From NCBI GenBank assembly GCA_976551045.1, contig CDPCPM010000011.1, forward strand, positions 7,130,001 through 7,194,000: a DNA stretch of 64,000 nt, written 5' to 3'. Shown piece after piece: positions 26,201-41,220 of this stretch. The notes beneath the pieces are model-generated. The model had not been told where the DNA came from. It saw only the letters and a program-made list of their open reading frames with translations, and did not search any database. How positions within the stretch are numbered: position 1 is the first letter of the stretch; every line of letters begins with the position of its first letter. Position numbers and translations under genes: made by a program. This stretch comes from Glaucostegus cemiculus. Taxonomy: Eukaryota.

Positions 26201-27779
26201 GTATGAAGCAAACCAAACCAGTCATAGTTGCTAAAAGACAAGGGTCACCTCATTTTTGAGAGTTATATACCTCAAAAATGTCACCAACTACCTTGAACCT
26301 TCCAGATGCCTTTGTAGGAGGAATACTACATCAGGCTTAAGAGGACATATATTGAAAATGAAGATTAGCATAATTATAAGAAGCATTGATACCTACACAT
26401 GTATGATGGGCTTTGATTATAACTATTATTGTACCAATATCATATGCATGTTCATCATTCTTGCCAAGGTGTCAGTGACTTTCATAAGTTGATACTAAGG
26501 GCAATAGCCCCTCAGACAAATGCATGAGGAACTACTCGTGTTCAAATATAATTGAGGGAGAACCTCACCAGACCAGCCATGCTTTATTCTCCTTCAAGAA
26601 GCCAAAAGGAGATACTCCATTTGGAATGATCCTAGCATGCCCTATACTGTATCGGGCAAGGAAGGTAGCTTAGGGTAGGGAGAAAGGCAAATGATAAATT
26701 AATGGGCACATAAAGCAAAAATTAAGAATGGGTGCAGAAATATTTCTGCTGATTTTACTACTTTTCTCCATTCACTGGCAATCTGCTGTCATGTGGGAAT
26801 GATTATAACTGAGCATAATGGAAGTTGTATTGACAGAAAATTAGATATATGGTACCACTAAACATTACCATCTCCTTTAAAAACACCCAATTGGTACTTC
26901 TATCATATGCTAGAAATACAATTAGAAAACTTGGAGATGCTAGACAGGACAAAGATTGTTTATTCCGTATCCATGACTTATTTCCCACCCTATTATAAAA
27001 AAAGAATACATTTCCAGATTAAATATTAATTTGCTGTTTTACATTATGGAAAAGCAGATAGAGCTGTGTTCAGCAGAATTGGCATATTGAAGATACAATC
27101 AAGTACTACAAACTTGTCCCACTTTGTCAGTTTTCTCTGTATGATGCAGCATCTATTCTCTTATTGTAGAATTTTAACTGTATTATTTCAAGCTACATTG
27201 AAAAGCTTACCATCACACTTTTCTATGTGAAGACAGGCATCTTATTTATTTTGCATATAGTTTTTTAAAGCACAGAGAATGAATTTTAAAAGTGCATTAT
27301 ATCTCCCAGATGTTTTGTGTAAGATTGAAATGAATAATGCTTCTGGGTAGATTATTGAGCAGGATTAGTAGTTCCACCATTGGTTGTTCACCAATATAGT
27401 CAATCAGTTTGGTGGTACTTATTACTGTAAGACCCTGTGGGGTGAGAACCAATTTAGCTCACAAAGCATTTAGAAATCAAGAATGATGGTTGGTGGACAG
27501 ACCCATTGCTGTTTGTGCCCGTGAGCTTCTAAAGACAAAATAAATCTGACATCCAAATAAGAGCAGTTTTCTCAGACAATGTGGATGGTAATTTAACTTA
27601 ATTTAGAATAACAACAGCAACCAAGGAGTCAAAGCAAAGAATGGAATCTGGGGAAACTTTATGTCATTGAAAATATAAGAAAAACTATTTCAGTCACGGT
27701 ATTACAAATTTGGACTGGTTTCTGGTAGTTGCATTGGCATTTCCTAGTTAACATTTATAATTTGTGTTGGTTTTCTCGG

Positions 27780-28350
27780 CAAGAATTGGGGAGAAATAGA
27801 AGCCCAGAATGAAGATTCAGAAAAGGACCTTAATTATCATGGTAAACCCAGAGAGTTGGGTCCTTTCACCCTGGAAAACCACAGTCTCCAGGGAAACTTG
27901 AATGAAGCAATTACACTGATGAAAGGATTAAACTGTATACATCTGAAAAAATATATTTATACCAGAGGAAGAATGAGAGGACATTTTGCACAAAACTATA
28001 ACCCTACAACTAGATTAGATGTCATTTCCAAGAGTGTACTTATTATATTTGCAACAGCTTTCAGCTATATTCAGTGGGTGTAAGTTCACTGCCAATACCT
28101 GAAAGGGAGCTGGAAAAGTTATATCAAATGATGAAACGTGCTTGGATTGCTGAGGGGATCAATAAGGAATTTACCAAAACTTTTCAATCCCAGGAAGGAC
28201 ACAGGGTTTTTCAACTAAATCTGATGATTTACCTTTGCCAGGAGATTACATGGTACATGATGGACAAGGTGCTTTGGGGATCAAATAGTTGAGTTATAAA
28301 CACATGCAATGAATAAGACACAGTGGGTCAATTTATATTTTTCTGTCCAT
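27780..28350 (+). mobile_element. Old CR1 3' fragment
   Basis: GPFTLENHSLQGNLNEAITLMKGL is a decayed GLFSLEKRRLRGDLIEVFKIMKG. Confidence 0.6.
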
Positions 28351-30589
28351 CATCTTACTGTATTTGTAAGTAATTTCTTTTGTACTTTGTGGATAACATA
28401 CTTTATGAATTTATCCAATAGACTCTATTCCTAGCCATGATTTCCTTTTTGCAATGTAATACTTCCGTGGACAAATGGAGTAAGAATATTAAATCAATGT
28501 ATTTCAGGCTAGAAAAGATGTGATAATAGTGACCACTGTTTAATCCAAAAGTCTACTGTTCCTCACTCTGCTGTTTTAAAGTTGTGGAATTGTTTAGTCT
28601 TTATAAGGAAGCACAACTTAATATGCATTTGGTTCAAATATTGTGCCATCTGATTTCTGGTATGACAATGAGAATTGAGAATGTTTTAAAGACTGAAGAA
28701 GTTTCAAAATTTTTTATATCTACATTTTTTTTTCCTTGCAATACTTCTATAAATGAGCAGAGACAAGGCATGAATATAAAGAAATATAAAATCATATTAT
28801 GCAGAAAATCAAGAAACCAAGTAAAGTTTGCAGAAATAAAAAGAATGTTTGTCTGAATATGGAGCAAATGGTAATGGGCAGGCATATAACAAATACTGTG
28901 TTAGAAGGAGGAGAGAGTATGGTGACAGGAAAAAAAACACGTAGCAAAGAGGAGGGAAGTGCCCTTTTGTAAATGGTTTGTGGGTTGTGTACTTTTGCAC
29001 AATAATATAGAAAACATTGCTGTTACTGGAAAGCTAAGAATAATATAATCTCAAAAAGCATTCATGCTTAGCTGCATTCCTCTTCATTATCTTCATAACA
29101 CTTAGTATAAAAGGCATGAAATTGGTTTTGCAGATGTTGTTACAAAGCAGGGAGGTGTATGCTTTTAAAGCTAAGGAAGAATTTTAGTGGCCAAAGTGTT
29201 CAATCATTTCCTCCTATGCTAAATGATAGCAATAGCATTCTTTAGAATCCCTTCTGTCTTTACATTCAGATGACGCATTGTTCAGACAAACACACCGTCA
29301 ACTTATCCCAAAAGTGTTTCACACGAAGGTAAACTAGATGAAGTCAACAACAATTATATTAACCTCCCTTGGCTATTTATATGCTGCCTAGTTTTTCATG
29401 AAAGAAGCATACCTTTATAAACAAAACAATATGCCTAATCTTGGCAACAGCCTTTTGCTCAATTATTATAATTAAAACCAAGATTTACAGAACATGAAAG
29501 AAATCATTAAGACAAAAATTCTCCACCACATCAACAGTCTGAAGCTTTTCCAATAATCCAAACAGCTTGTTAATTTTTTTAACAGGGTCCATAAAAATAA
29601 AAGTATTAAAAAAAGATGGATTCTGTTTTTTCAGAACACAGAGTAAAAACGATGTCGAGTTATGAGTAATGCTTGTGTCTCTCATTCTTTTGCCTGAAGC
29701 TCTTTCTCTGTTATCAGTGGACACTGCTGGTGATTTGTATCATTAAAAACAACATAGTTCCTTAGACTTTCAATAGAAAATGACCATGGTATCTGATTGG
29801 AAAAGTATTTATCAGATTGTTATAATGGTCATAACACATCATGAAGCAATGGTAATTATTCCAACAGATGGTTTTATTTAATTGAAAATTGTATGCACAT
29901 TGGGTTTAATCCTGGGACCCAACCTACAGTGTGCCTTTTTAAAACAACTAGCATTGTTTTATTGTATAATCAGAAAATCCTTCAAAGACTAATATCTCCA
30001 TGTATAATTAAAACAATATTGTGTATTGCTCTATTATTAAGCCTGACATTAAGTGAATTTTTCAATGTGGTGCTTTTTTGTTAACTTAATTTTAATCTGT
30101 TCTGACTGAATCTACTGGTTTTCATTTTATCTTTGGCTTTGACATGATATGACAGCTGGAAAAGTCCTGGTGCATGCAATATGCAAGTGATTATTCTGAT
30201 AAGATGCTGAAATGTACCAACCTGGTGAAGGGGGAGGAGGTGGGTGGGTCCAAGGAGGAAGAAATATAGCTACAGCAAAGGCATGCACTCAATTTTTGGG
30301 AGATGAGGGTGCAGTTACTTACATGTAGAGAGTACAAATACAGATTCAAAGTGGAAGGCTGCAGAAGTTCAGATTAATTGGTTATGGCTACAGGTGGAAG
30401 AATATTTTTGCTTTATTTCATATTTGTTTAAGTATCACTAATAATTAAGCATACAGGCTAATCATCTTACCTTCATGACCAAACAGTGCTTAGTTGGTGA
30501 TCCCATTTATATGAACCATTATTACCATATTGCAGTGGGAACTATGATTTGGGGGTTATTTTCTAACATTCAGATAAGATATCGTACAT

Positions 30590-30825
30590 CAAAGTGAAAT
30601 GCATCTTTGCGTAGTGTTTTGGGGGCAGCCTGCAAGTGTCACCACGTTTACGGTGCCAACATAACATGCCCACAACTCCTAACCCATATCTTTTTGGAAT
30701 GTGGGAGGAAACCGGAGCACCCAGAGGAAACCCACACAGTCACATGGGGCAAACGTACAAACTCCTTATAGACAGTAGCCAGAATTGAACCTGGGTCACT
30801 GGTGCTGTAATAAGGTTATGCTAGA
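30590..30825 (-). mobile_element. tRNA-derived V-SINE (HE1-like)
   Basis: Antisense V-domain core tgtgggaggaaaccggagcacccagaggaaacccac (30700-30735) and an antisense B-box-like head gaattgaacctgggtcactggtgctg (~30782-30807). Confidence 0.85.
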
Positions 30826-32434
30826 GCTCCATTAGAAATTTTAACCAGCTTTTTTCCTGTTTTCTCAGATGCTGGTGGGCCCTGTGTGTACTTCATGACA
30901 TACTCTTTCTTTTGATCTTGCATCATTCTTGAATGAAGTATTTTGGCTGAAATGTTTTTATCACCTGGTACTTCATCCAAGTCGCTTTGTTTCTGATCTC
31001 TGGATCTGTCTCTTCACTTCAATGTTACAGTCTTGGGTGGGTGTACTTGATGACTTGTATAGTTAAGCTTTGTATAGAGCTAATTATAATTCAATTATCA
31101 AGTGTTTGAACAAGGGCTTAGTGAATGACTCATTCCTTTTTTTTAAAATATGTTCCTTTCTGCACACTTTGTTGAGGGGGTTCTGATCAATAGTTTTCCA
31201 CCATGGGAACCATCAATAGGTCTCAGTTTTACACTGTGGTAATAAACCAAGGCCTTCATTAAAGAAAAGCCTTGCTCAAGGCTCAAAAGTGTTTGCATCT
31301 TCCACAAAGCACAGCAGAGGCCTCAGTGACAAAGGATCTTTAGGGACAAAAACAAGTAGGTGGTTGCAAATCACAATAGTTGGCTGTTTTGCTATCTCTA
31401 TCATTTTAAGCAACTGCACGTCAAAAGCCAATTAGATGTTAAATGGAGAAACCCAATACAGTATTGGTTTGGTACCTAAGCTTTCTCATACCTTTGAATT
31501 ACAATTTACTGTGAATTTATAGTTTGTTTGAAGTGAATATGCAGTATTCATAGATATGCAAAGATATTGCAATCTAGAGCAATAGCTTCCCTCAAATAAA
31601 TTGAGAAGTGCAGTAAAAGGTTTCTATCAGGACAGTTAACAGTACTAGCAAATGGCACATTTTACAGGAAAATTAGCCCAGCACTTTGTATTGAACTGGT
31701 CACTAAATTCATGAAGTGGGCCAGGTTTATTTTGCATCACAGATGACATTGGAAACCATTCTACACAACTTCAATAAATTTGAAATATTCTTGCATATAA
31801 TTATTTGTATCTCTCATGTGGTTTGGTCCATGCCAGCCTTTTTAAAAAGTAATGTGGCACATTGTCTTTCTGACATGTAGGAGCTATAATCAAAGAAGCT
31901 TTCTCATCAATTCAAAATGAATAATTATGTTGCAGAAATAGACTGCACGTCTTTGACTGGCAGCAGTGGGGCAAAAGTTATCTGGATACATTCATCATCA
32001 GAACTCATTTCCACTGAAATTACCCGGGACAGTTTAAAATAATCAAAATATTGGAACAATCTGTAATAATTTCTAAAATTTCAACCTACATTTTTTATTT
32101 TTCTTCAATTAATTCCATCATGAAAGTATTGATGTGTTTAATTGTACAGAAAATAAGCAAGAAAGTAGAGCAAGTTCACTGTGAACATAGTGTTGCAATT
32201 CATCATGTCAAAAGCTTATGGATATGGTTTATTATTTTGTAAATCATCACCCCCGATTCATTTTATTGCTGCATAACACAAGCTATGTACAAAACAGACT
32301 AAAACATAAAAGAAAAGTATCTAGGTTAAATATTTGCACAGATTGAAGTTATTAAGGCAAGTCAGCATTGAATGTGGTGCTCAACATTGACAAGGAACAA
32401 AGAGGCACAAAGAAATTAAAATCTTGGGAGGTTA

Positions 32435-32510
32435 TTTTTATTTGGACATGGATATGGGCATGCTGGCAGAGCTAGCTCTTTATGCCCATTCCTAATGGCC
32501 CTTGAGAATA
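32435..32510 (-). mobile_element. Short LINE/SINE 3' terminal fragment
   Basis: gatatgggcatgctggc...tttatgcccattcctaatggcccttgagaa matches a recalled common elasmobranch retroposon 3' end. Confidence 0.5.
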
Positions 32511-32654
32511 TATTATGGAACTTTACGGAATGTAGGGGCATTTTATCATAGCCATTTGACTTGGACAGAAGTGCAAAATGGATGATCCTGTGTATACAGG
32601 GAAACGTGGCACCAAACAAGGTAAGATAATAGTTGGCCAAAATGAAAGTACTTT

Positions 32655-33935
32655 TGATATTATCACTCCAAACTATCCCTGGGGCCTGTCCAACTGTATC
32701 CTAGGACATTGTGAGAAGGTAGAGAAGAAATTTCTGGGGCCCTGGCTGAAATATTTATTAGCCATGGGTGAGGTACCAGAAGTGTGGAGGGTGGCTAATG
32801 TTGTGCCTTTATTTAAGAAGAGCTGTAAGGACAAGTCAGGGAACTACAAATCAATGACCCTAACATTAGTGGTGGAAAGTTTACTGGAGGGGATTCTGAG
32901 AGACAGGATCTACCTGCATTTGGAAAGACAAAGAATAATTAGGGATAGTCAGCATGGCTTTCTGTGAAGAAATTGTGCCTCATGAATTTTATTTAGTTTT
33001 TTTAAAGAGGTGACAAGAGGATTGATAAGGGCAAGGCAGTAAATGTTGCCTACGTGGACTTTAGCAAGGCCTTTGACAAGGTCTCACATGGTAGGCTAGC
33101 CCAGAAGGTTAGATCACATGGGAATCCAGGTAAGCTGGCCAACTAGATACAAAGCTGGCTTAGTGGTAGGAGTCAGAAGGTGGCAGAGGAAGGTTATTTT
33201 CAGATTGGAGCCCTGTGACTATTGGTGTGCCACAGGGATCGGTGCTGGGTCCACAGGTGTCTGTCATGATTGGGATGAGAATGTAGTTGACATGGCTAGG
33301 AAGTTTGCAGATGAAATCAATATTGGTGGTGTAGTGGACAGTGAAGAAAGTTATCTAAGATTGTAACAGGTTCCAGATCAACTGGGAAAGTGGGCCAAGT
33401 AATGGCAGATGTAGTTCAACTCAGACAAGTGAGAAGTGGGAAGCTAAACCAGGGCAGGATTTGCACAGTAAATGGTATGACCCTGGAGAGTGCTGTAGAA
33501 CAGAGAGACCAGGGCTACAACTACATAGTTCCCTGAAAGTGGTGACACACATAGACAAGGTGGTGAAGGTGTATGGCAAGCTTGCCATCATCAGTAAAGG
33601 CATTAAGTACAAGAGTTGGAATGTCATGTTACAATGGTGCAAGATGTTGGTGAGATAATACTTGGACTGTTGAGTGCAGTTGTGGTCATCTAGCTAATAG
33701 GAAGGGCGTTATTAAGCTGGAAAGGTTGCAAATAAGATTCACAAGATTGTTCCTGGGACTGGAGGGCTTGAATTCTCAGGAGAATCTGGATAAGTTGGGG
33801 CTTTTCTTCCAGGAACACAGGAGGCTGTGGGGTGGATAGGAAAGAGTTAAAGGGACATGGGTCAAATGCAAGCAAATAGGACTACCTGGTTGGCATGGAT
33901 TTGTTGGGTTAAAGGGCTGTATAACTATGACTCTG
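32655..33935 (+). mobile_element. 5'-truncated CR1 LINE (RT pseudogene)
   Basis: GEVPEVWRVANVVPLFKK...IRDSQHGF (ORF 32578..32967), DFSKAFDKV at ~33057, KFADE at 33301, and a 3' tail ending in ctatgactct. Confidence 0.9.
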
Positions 33936-33969
33936 TGTTGATAGATGGCAATTCTGTTCAGTCATATAA

Positions 33970-35560
33970 GCTTGTCCAATCTTTCATATAAAAAGCTACT
34001 AATTTTTATTTCTGATACTATCCTTTAAATCTTTTTAACCCTCTCTTCTGTTTAGGGCAACTGAACTGGGTTCTATCCAAGTTCTAGTAAAGTTTTGCAT
34101 AACCTCAACTTTTTATTTTATCCTTCTAGAAATAAAAAAGTGATTAATTTGCCCTTGTTACTCTTGTCTTGATCTATGCTGCAACTATTAGTGATTTGTG
34201 ATTTTGCTTCTAAAAGCAAATGCACTAAATACACTTGGAACAAATAATCCTTGCTGTACCCCACACCCTACCTTCTGTCACCCTATTCACAGCTTTCTTT
34301 CAGCCAATTTGCTCTGCAGTTTTGATTATGTCCATTAACGTACTATGTGATACTTTATACAAGGTCATTCGGAAACCTCTGGGCTTCCCAAAGCAAGTTT
34401 CAGGAATCTTTGGACTCTGCCACAGTCATGCACGAACATGGATGACCTGAAGTTCCCAAAAGATGTTGATTGGCAACTAAGTTCTGTCTCTTGACACCTC
34501 CCTAACTACTTGCTTTTCCTCAGTGGGGGATCTTGCCTGCTGCACACTCTCTAGTTTAGACCTGCCACAGGATCCGTGACTTATTTGTATGGAAAGGAAT
34601 AACTGTGAGGGAGAGAGTTAAAATTTAGAGTGTTTTGTTTTCATTTTTAAAACATTTTCATGATTTTCCATAGAAAGTATCCTTAACATAAATGCAAACT
34701 GGGGGGCAGTTGAGCAGTGAGTGAGAGTAACTTACTGGTGCCAAAAAAATTGGCACCTTTGTATATTACATCAACTACAATACTCATGCCTACTCGTGTT
34801 TACCTCTTCAAAAAATATTAAGGATGGTCAAGCAGAGCTATGTTGATCCATTACATTTATTTGCTAATATATGGTCCATATAACTTTATATTTTCATCAT
34901 TTGTAGGAATTCCACTATAATCTTATTCTGAATCTGAATGCTTAGTGCCCCCAGATATATTCTATCTTCCTTCTTTGCTGTATGTACAGTGTGAACTGTC
35001 TACCAAACTTCTGACACTACTGCTATCTCAAAGAAATTATTAGATTTGTGCAATAATGCCTTAGTTATCATTCCCCAGATTTATTAGAAATACATGGATA
35101 TCACCTCCATTCCAAGGTGTTTTAAATTTGGTTATTCCATTTAGCCTTTTTCCTCTTTTGATTCTATCATTTTAAATTCCATTTTCTCATGTCATGTCCA
35201 TCTAGGTGTCCTCCTGGTAAAAATAAATACAAATATTTATTTAATATATATGCAATGCTGCAATTAATGTCTGCTTTCTCTTTGTTCATCATGTGCTTTG
35301 TCCTATTCCTAACCTTCAATTTTCCTTCAGGCCTTTATTCATTACTGGCATTTCATTGGTCTTTAGTTTGTTCTTGTTTTTTTAGTAGAACATACTTTTC
35401 TTCGTTTTTATTGAACACTGTTTTAAGTGTTCCACATTACTGTTAAATATCATTGTTTGCCAATACTATTGCACGTTACTTTTTCAAGCTTTTTTTAAGT
35501 CTCTCAGAATCAGTTTTTCTCCAATCTACCACTCTGTTCTTTTTCATTATTATTCTATTC
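33970..35560 (-). mobile_element. Very old, fragmented CR1-like sequence (interrupted around 34235-34760)
   Basis: Patchy antisense CR1 ORF2 similarity at ~34060-34210 and ~34900-35540. Confidence 0.35.
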
Positions 35561-35809
35561 ACATTAACTAATACTATGGCCACAACTTATGGTGACTAGC
35601 TATCCTCCCACTTGAAAACATAGCTGAACAACTTCCAGTGGGGCAATGGAAACTAGTCAGCAGCCAGAAGAGAGGCTGTTATTTTTCCCCCTTTTCAAAG
35701 AACATGTAACAATTATAAACCAATTACCAACAATTAGCATCTACAGTGATAATTCTGCTGCCCTATTTAAATCAGCAATCAGTTGTACTGCCTTTAAGAA
35801 GGGAAATAG

Positions 35810-38400
35810 AACATGTCAAGACCAGTTAGTTTAACATTGGTGATAGGGAAAATCATGGAATCCTTACTATAGGAGAGAATAGTATAATAATAAGATAATT
35901 ATTCTAATAATAACAACAGTATAATTATAAAAATGTATAATAATGAGTAACATGGATTTCCAAAGGGAAAACCTTGCTTGGCCAATGTTAATGGTATTTT
36001 TAAAGAAGTAACAATGAGAGTAGACAATAGTAACATAGTAGATATAATTTATCTCGCCTATGAAAAAAGTCTCAAACATAATAAAACATAGAACAGAGTA
36101 CAGGCCCTTTGGCCCACAATTATGTGCCAACATTTTATCCTGCTCCAAGATCTATCTAACCCTTCCCTCCCACATAGCCCCCCCACCATTTCACTATCAT
36201 TCATGTGTCTATCTAAGAGTCTCTTAACTGTCCCTAATGTATCTGCCCCCACAACCTCTGCAGGCACCCACCACTCTGTGTAAACAAAAACTTAGTCTTA
36301 TACCTTCGTTCAGTCATCTTAAAATTATGTCCCCTCGTGTTAGCCATTGTTGCCCTGGGAAAACACTTCTGACTGTCCACTCAGTTTATGCCTCTTATCA
36401 TCTTGTACACCTCTATCAAATCACCTCTCATCCTCCTTCTCTCCAAAGAGAAAAGCCCTAGCTCACTCAACCTATCCTCATAAGACATGCTCTTCAATTC
36501 AGGCAATATCCTGGTAAATCCCTCTGCACCCTCTCTAAAGCTTCCACTTCCTTCCTACAATAAGACGACCAAAATTGACCACAAGACTCCAAGTGTGGTC
36601 TAACCAGAGTTCTATAGATTCGCAACATCATCTCGTGGCTCTTGAACTCAATACCCCAAATAATGAAGGCCAACACTCCATACGCCTTCTTACCAACTCT
36701 ACCAACCTGCATGGCAACCTTGAGGGATCCATGGACATGGATCCCAAAATGCCTCTGTTCCTCCGCACTGCTAAGAGTCCTGCCACTAACCTTGTAACCT
36801 TGTCTTCAAATTCGATCTCCTGAAGTGTATCACTTCACACTTATCTGGGTTGAACGCCATCTGCCACTTCTCAGCCCAGCTCTGCATTCTATCAATATCC
36901 TGTTGTAATCTACAGCCACACTATCCACTATACCACCAACCTTTGAATCAGCAGCAAACTTACTAACCCACCCTTCCACATCCTCATTCAAGTCATTTAT
37001 AAAAATCACAAAGAGCAGCAGTCCCAGAACAGATCTCTGTGGAACACCACTAGTCACCAACCTCTAGGCAGAATGTGCTCCATCTACCACCACCATCTGT
37101 CTTCTATGGGTGAGCCAATTCTGAATCCACACAGCCAAGTTTCCCTGGATCCCATGCCTCTTGACTTTCTGAATAAGCATTCCATGAGGAACCTTATCAA
37201 ACGCCTTACTAAAATCCATGTACACCACATCCACTGCTCTACCTACATCAATGTGCTCTGTTACATTCTCAAAGCATTCAATTAGGCTCGTGAGGCACAA
37301 CCAGCCCCTCACAAAGCTATGTTGACTGTCCCTAATCAGCCTATGCTTCTCCAAATGCCTATAAATTCTGTCTCTAAGAATTTTCTCCAGTAATTTGCAC
37401 ACCAGTGAAGTAATACTGACTGGTCTATAATTCCCAGGGTTATCCCTGCTCCCTTTCTTAAACAAAGGAACAACATTTGCCACCCTCAAATCATCTGGCA
37501 CTACTCTTGTGGCCAGTGAGAATGCAAAGATCGTCACCAAAGGTGCAGCAATTTCTTCCCTCGCTTCCTGTAGTAACCTTGGATATATCCCATCTGGCCC
37601 CAGTGACTTATCCATCCTAATGTTTTTCAAAAGTTCCAGCACATCCTCTTTCCTCACATTGACATGCCCTAACATATCAGCCTGTGTATGCCATCCTCAC
37701 AAACGTCAAGGTCTCCCTCTCTCTGGTGAATACTGAACCAAAGTGTTTATTAAGGACCTCCCCTACCTCTTCTGACTCCGACATGTTTCCTCTTTTGTCC
37801 CTGATTGGTTCTCCCCTCACCCTAGTAATCCTCTTAATCTTCACATACGTGTAGAACATATAGATTAACAATATTAGCTGGTCACAAACAGGACAGCAGA
37901 GAATAGTAGTAAAGGGTGGCTATTTGCAATGGAAGGTGGTGGGCAATGGTGTTCCAGAGGGATGAATGCCGGGACCACTGCTGTTCCTAATTTACACTTA
38001 CATTGCAGAATGTGGTTATATATCACTTGTATTCTCTTAGACTTGAGAATCAGAAATAGAATTTCAAATTAAGCGAGGAGGATATTGGGGAGAAGACAGT
38101 CAATAGAGAGAAGAACTACAGCAAGTTATAAAAGGACATTAATAAACTTACAGCAATATATTACAATTAATAAACTTTGGGGAAATAATTGGCAAATGAA
38201 CTTTAGTGAAGATAATTGTCAAGTAGTAGATTTTGGAGGGAGAATAAGGAGGTCACAATATGTCAAGGTATAATCCAGCTGAAATAGAGAAACACGTAGG
38301 CTATCCTTAAAAGATATCCCACAGGTTAGCATGGCCATAAAAATAAGCAAACCAAGTACCAGAGTTATGGTCTACACTGAAGTAACTGGAGGATCTAAAG
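35810..38400 (+). mobile_element. Old CR1 RT fragment split by an opposite-strand CR1
   Basis: RPVSLTLVIGKIMESL (35820) and HGFPKGKPCLAN on the left. On the right QRIVVKG...GVPEG*MPGPLLFLIY (~37896-37995) and WQMNFSEDNCQVV. Confidence 0.75.
36081..37856 (-). mobile_element. Younger 5'-truncated CR1 LINE (RT pseudogene), same subfamily as 15700-17693
   Basis: 203-aa ORF 37064..37675 (DKSLGPDGIYPRLL, NYRPVSITS, DFSKAFDKVPH), followed by GVPQRSVLG and KFAAD (catalytic DD mutated), with stops and frameshifts. 3' tail at ~36081-36100. Confidence 0.93.
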
Positions 38401-41220
38401 TATAAAAACTGGTAGCAACGTCTCTTGGATAAGAAGAGGAAAATCATTGTGTTCGTGATTATTGTTGCTGTGAGCAACAATACATCTATGCATTTCAGTC
38501 GCATTGTGGTTTGGCCATGATATTTGCATTTAATTCTCAGAATGCTGGCTATACTTCTGGTTTATTCACATAATTAAGTAAGCAGTTGAAGAAGTCTGAA
38601 ATTGCATTTTCCAAGTAAATTCATCTGTGTGACGTGGTAATAATATTGTGGCCAGTACAACCAAGGCTGATTCAAAGTTATTCATTTGCAGTTGAAAATG
38701 AACACAACAAAAACCTTAATTTATTCTACACTGCTTGGTCAGGATGACCACTCTGATTATAGGATTACTGGAGTTTACGTTCTGAACTTTTTCTCATTTC
38801 AACCTACACTAAGTTATGACAGCCATTCCTATTCTATTGCTTTCAGTACAAAAGGCAAAATGTTAGAATCTCCTGTAGTATGTTATAAAAAGGGAGCTAT
38901 GTATTTGCATTATGTTCCTTAAAAAAACTTACATTTTGACATAAAAATTAGATTTGCAATAAATAACACAAAGGACATAAAATTTAAAACAGATGTTCAA
39001 ACAGCTTGAGAGGCAACAAAGAATAAACTAAAAGTAGAACAACTTCTAGGCAGCTTTTCCATTGTCTTTACTACATGTTACATTCCCAATAATTATCACA
39101 ACCTGAGCAAACCTGGCAAATGGCCCCCCTTCTGTAAAGTACTGATGCGTTTTGATATTTTCTCCAGATAGAGCATATCCAAATAGTCTTCAGTCAATGA
39201 ATAGAATCATATGTGTGCCTGGTAATACAACATTGGAAATGAAAACAACTTTCAATTTCATAAAATATTCTATCCATAAAGTTCACATTATCCTTGGTGG
39301 TATGAACATTCAAATATGTTTGAAATGTAAGTTTGTGTTGGATTCACTGTTGCTGATTAGCAAATGCTGGCTCTAAGTTTTACAGACCCTAACAGATTGC
39401 TCTTCAAAGAAATGAAGGTGTTACAATAAAAATTTCAGCATGAAAGATTAAGTGATGTTTTGTCGCATGCTGTGACAAGTCATTTCTCAAGTGATATGCC
39501 ATGACCATTTTGCCTGCTCACAAAATACTCAATATCACATTTCTTTTCCCCTTCCAAAATGAGTTTGTTTTTGCATTTCCATATAGAAACTATTTTGTTC
39601 ATGGTTAACAGATACTGTGTTGTATAAATGAGTTGTCTCTTTATGTGAGAACCAAACAGTCTGTCTGCACGTGCACCAAACATTTTTTTCAAGAAAATGT
39701 TTTCATTGCCAGTGAAGCTGAACAAACCTCCATGCTTGAGCTCAATTGTCATCTTTTAAACAAATGCCTCAGGTGAAATAATTAAATTCTGGCGCAGTTA
39801 CTTAGAGGTTGTTTTGAACAGTAAAAAAATTCAATCTGTGCCATTGATGCGGTTTTATTTTCAGATCTTTTCATATGTTTAAAGGTTATTATTAGGGTTG
39901 AGCGAAAGGTAACCTACTTTATTTTCTTTCCTTTCTCTAGTTTCCTTCTGCTCTGTACCTTCTCCAGATTAGGAAATAAGATGAACCCAAATCAGTGCAC
40001 AGCCATCTCTTACATTTATCACAGCAAGAGGAATCTGATCCAACTTTGCTTTCCTTATTTATAGAAACAACTAAACTTCACAAAATATCTCACAAGTTTG
40101 GCACCTTTATGATGGGAGTCTCAGTACGCAATCTTTAAGACTGTATATTGGACTTACAATTGTCTTATACCAGGTGCAGCCCAAAGACAATTTCTCTCAG
40201 AAGACTACATCAATAAATATGAGAAGAAAAATTACAAATACAACCTTCTGCCATTCCATAGTTCAGAGTCAAATACTCAACAGAACAGCTGTATGCACTA
40301 AAGCCCCCATGGTCAGTTCTAAGCTCCCTCAGCAATGAACCCAGAAGGATACTGATTAGTTTTATTTATTGATTATAACTAGGGTTATCAATTAATGGGA
40401 GTTAATATGCTCCATTAACTCAATTGCATTTGAATGTGTCTTTTGTTGGGGACATTAAATGCATGTCCTAAAAAAGAGAACTGCAGACATCAAAAGAAAA
40501 TAAAGTGAAATTTTGTTCACCAACTTCTGTGGGACAAATCCATTCTCAGATGCCTCTGTGTCCACCTTGCCATGAATCCCACACCATCCTCAAACTCCCA
40601 CTCTTGGCCGCCACATTGTCTGACCTGCCCCAGTTGTCATTTTGTCACAGACCTATTTGTTGCCAACTTACTAGTGCCCATTCCTGCTCCCACAGACTTC
40701 ATCATTAAAAGCAACTCTAGTAGTCCATTTTGCTGTATACCCTTGCTCCACCTCAACCTTTTTCCTCTGATGCATTCATCTTCAACCCTGTGTTTTAGCT
40801 GGGAAGAAAAAAAAAGTGAACTTCCAAAATACAAAATTTACAATGCTGCCTGTGAGCCAAATCTGGCCTGGCATGATTTCTTGAAACCCTGGCTGTGATG
40901 TTGCCTAGGACCCTCAGCCTGATCCAAGTCCCTCGAGATCCTGTTTCTAATTTCTCTCAGTTTTCTCACTGAACCATTGGAAAAGGCAAAGCAGTTGGCA
41001 TTGGATCATCTAACTTAAAGCCAAAGTGCTCGCTAATTGAGAATTAAAGGCAAGGCACTTTCCAATGTTAAACAGTGACATCAAAATTGTGATTAATGTA
41101 CCTGTACTTTTTTTTAAATGGCTTGACAGAACAAGTTTTTACAATTTGTTCAATTTAAGAAAGGTTAACGTCCAGGACCTGAAATCTAATTGAAAGTCAT
41201 ACAAGACAGCAGTAGCCACA

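Noticed and set aside
37064-37675. 203-aa reverse transcriptase ORF as an active or domesticated gene
   Set aside because: The element is 5'-truncated, has stops and frameshifts on both sides of this ORF, and its catalytic motif reads FAAD instead of FADD.
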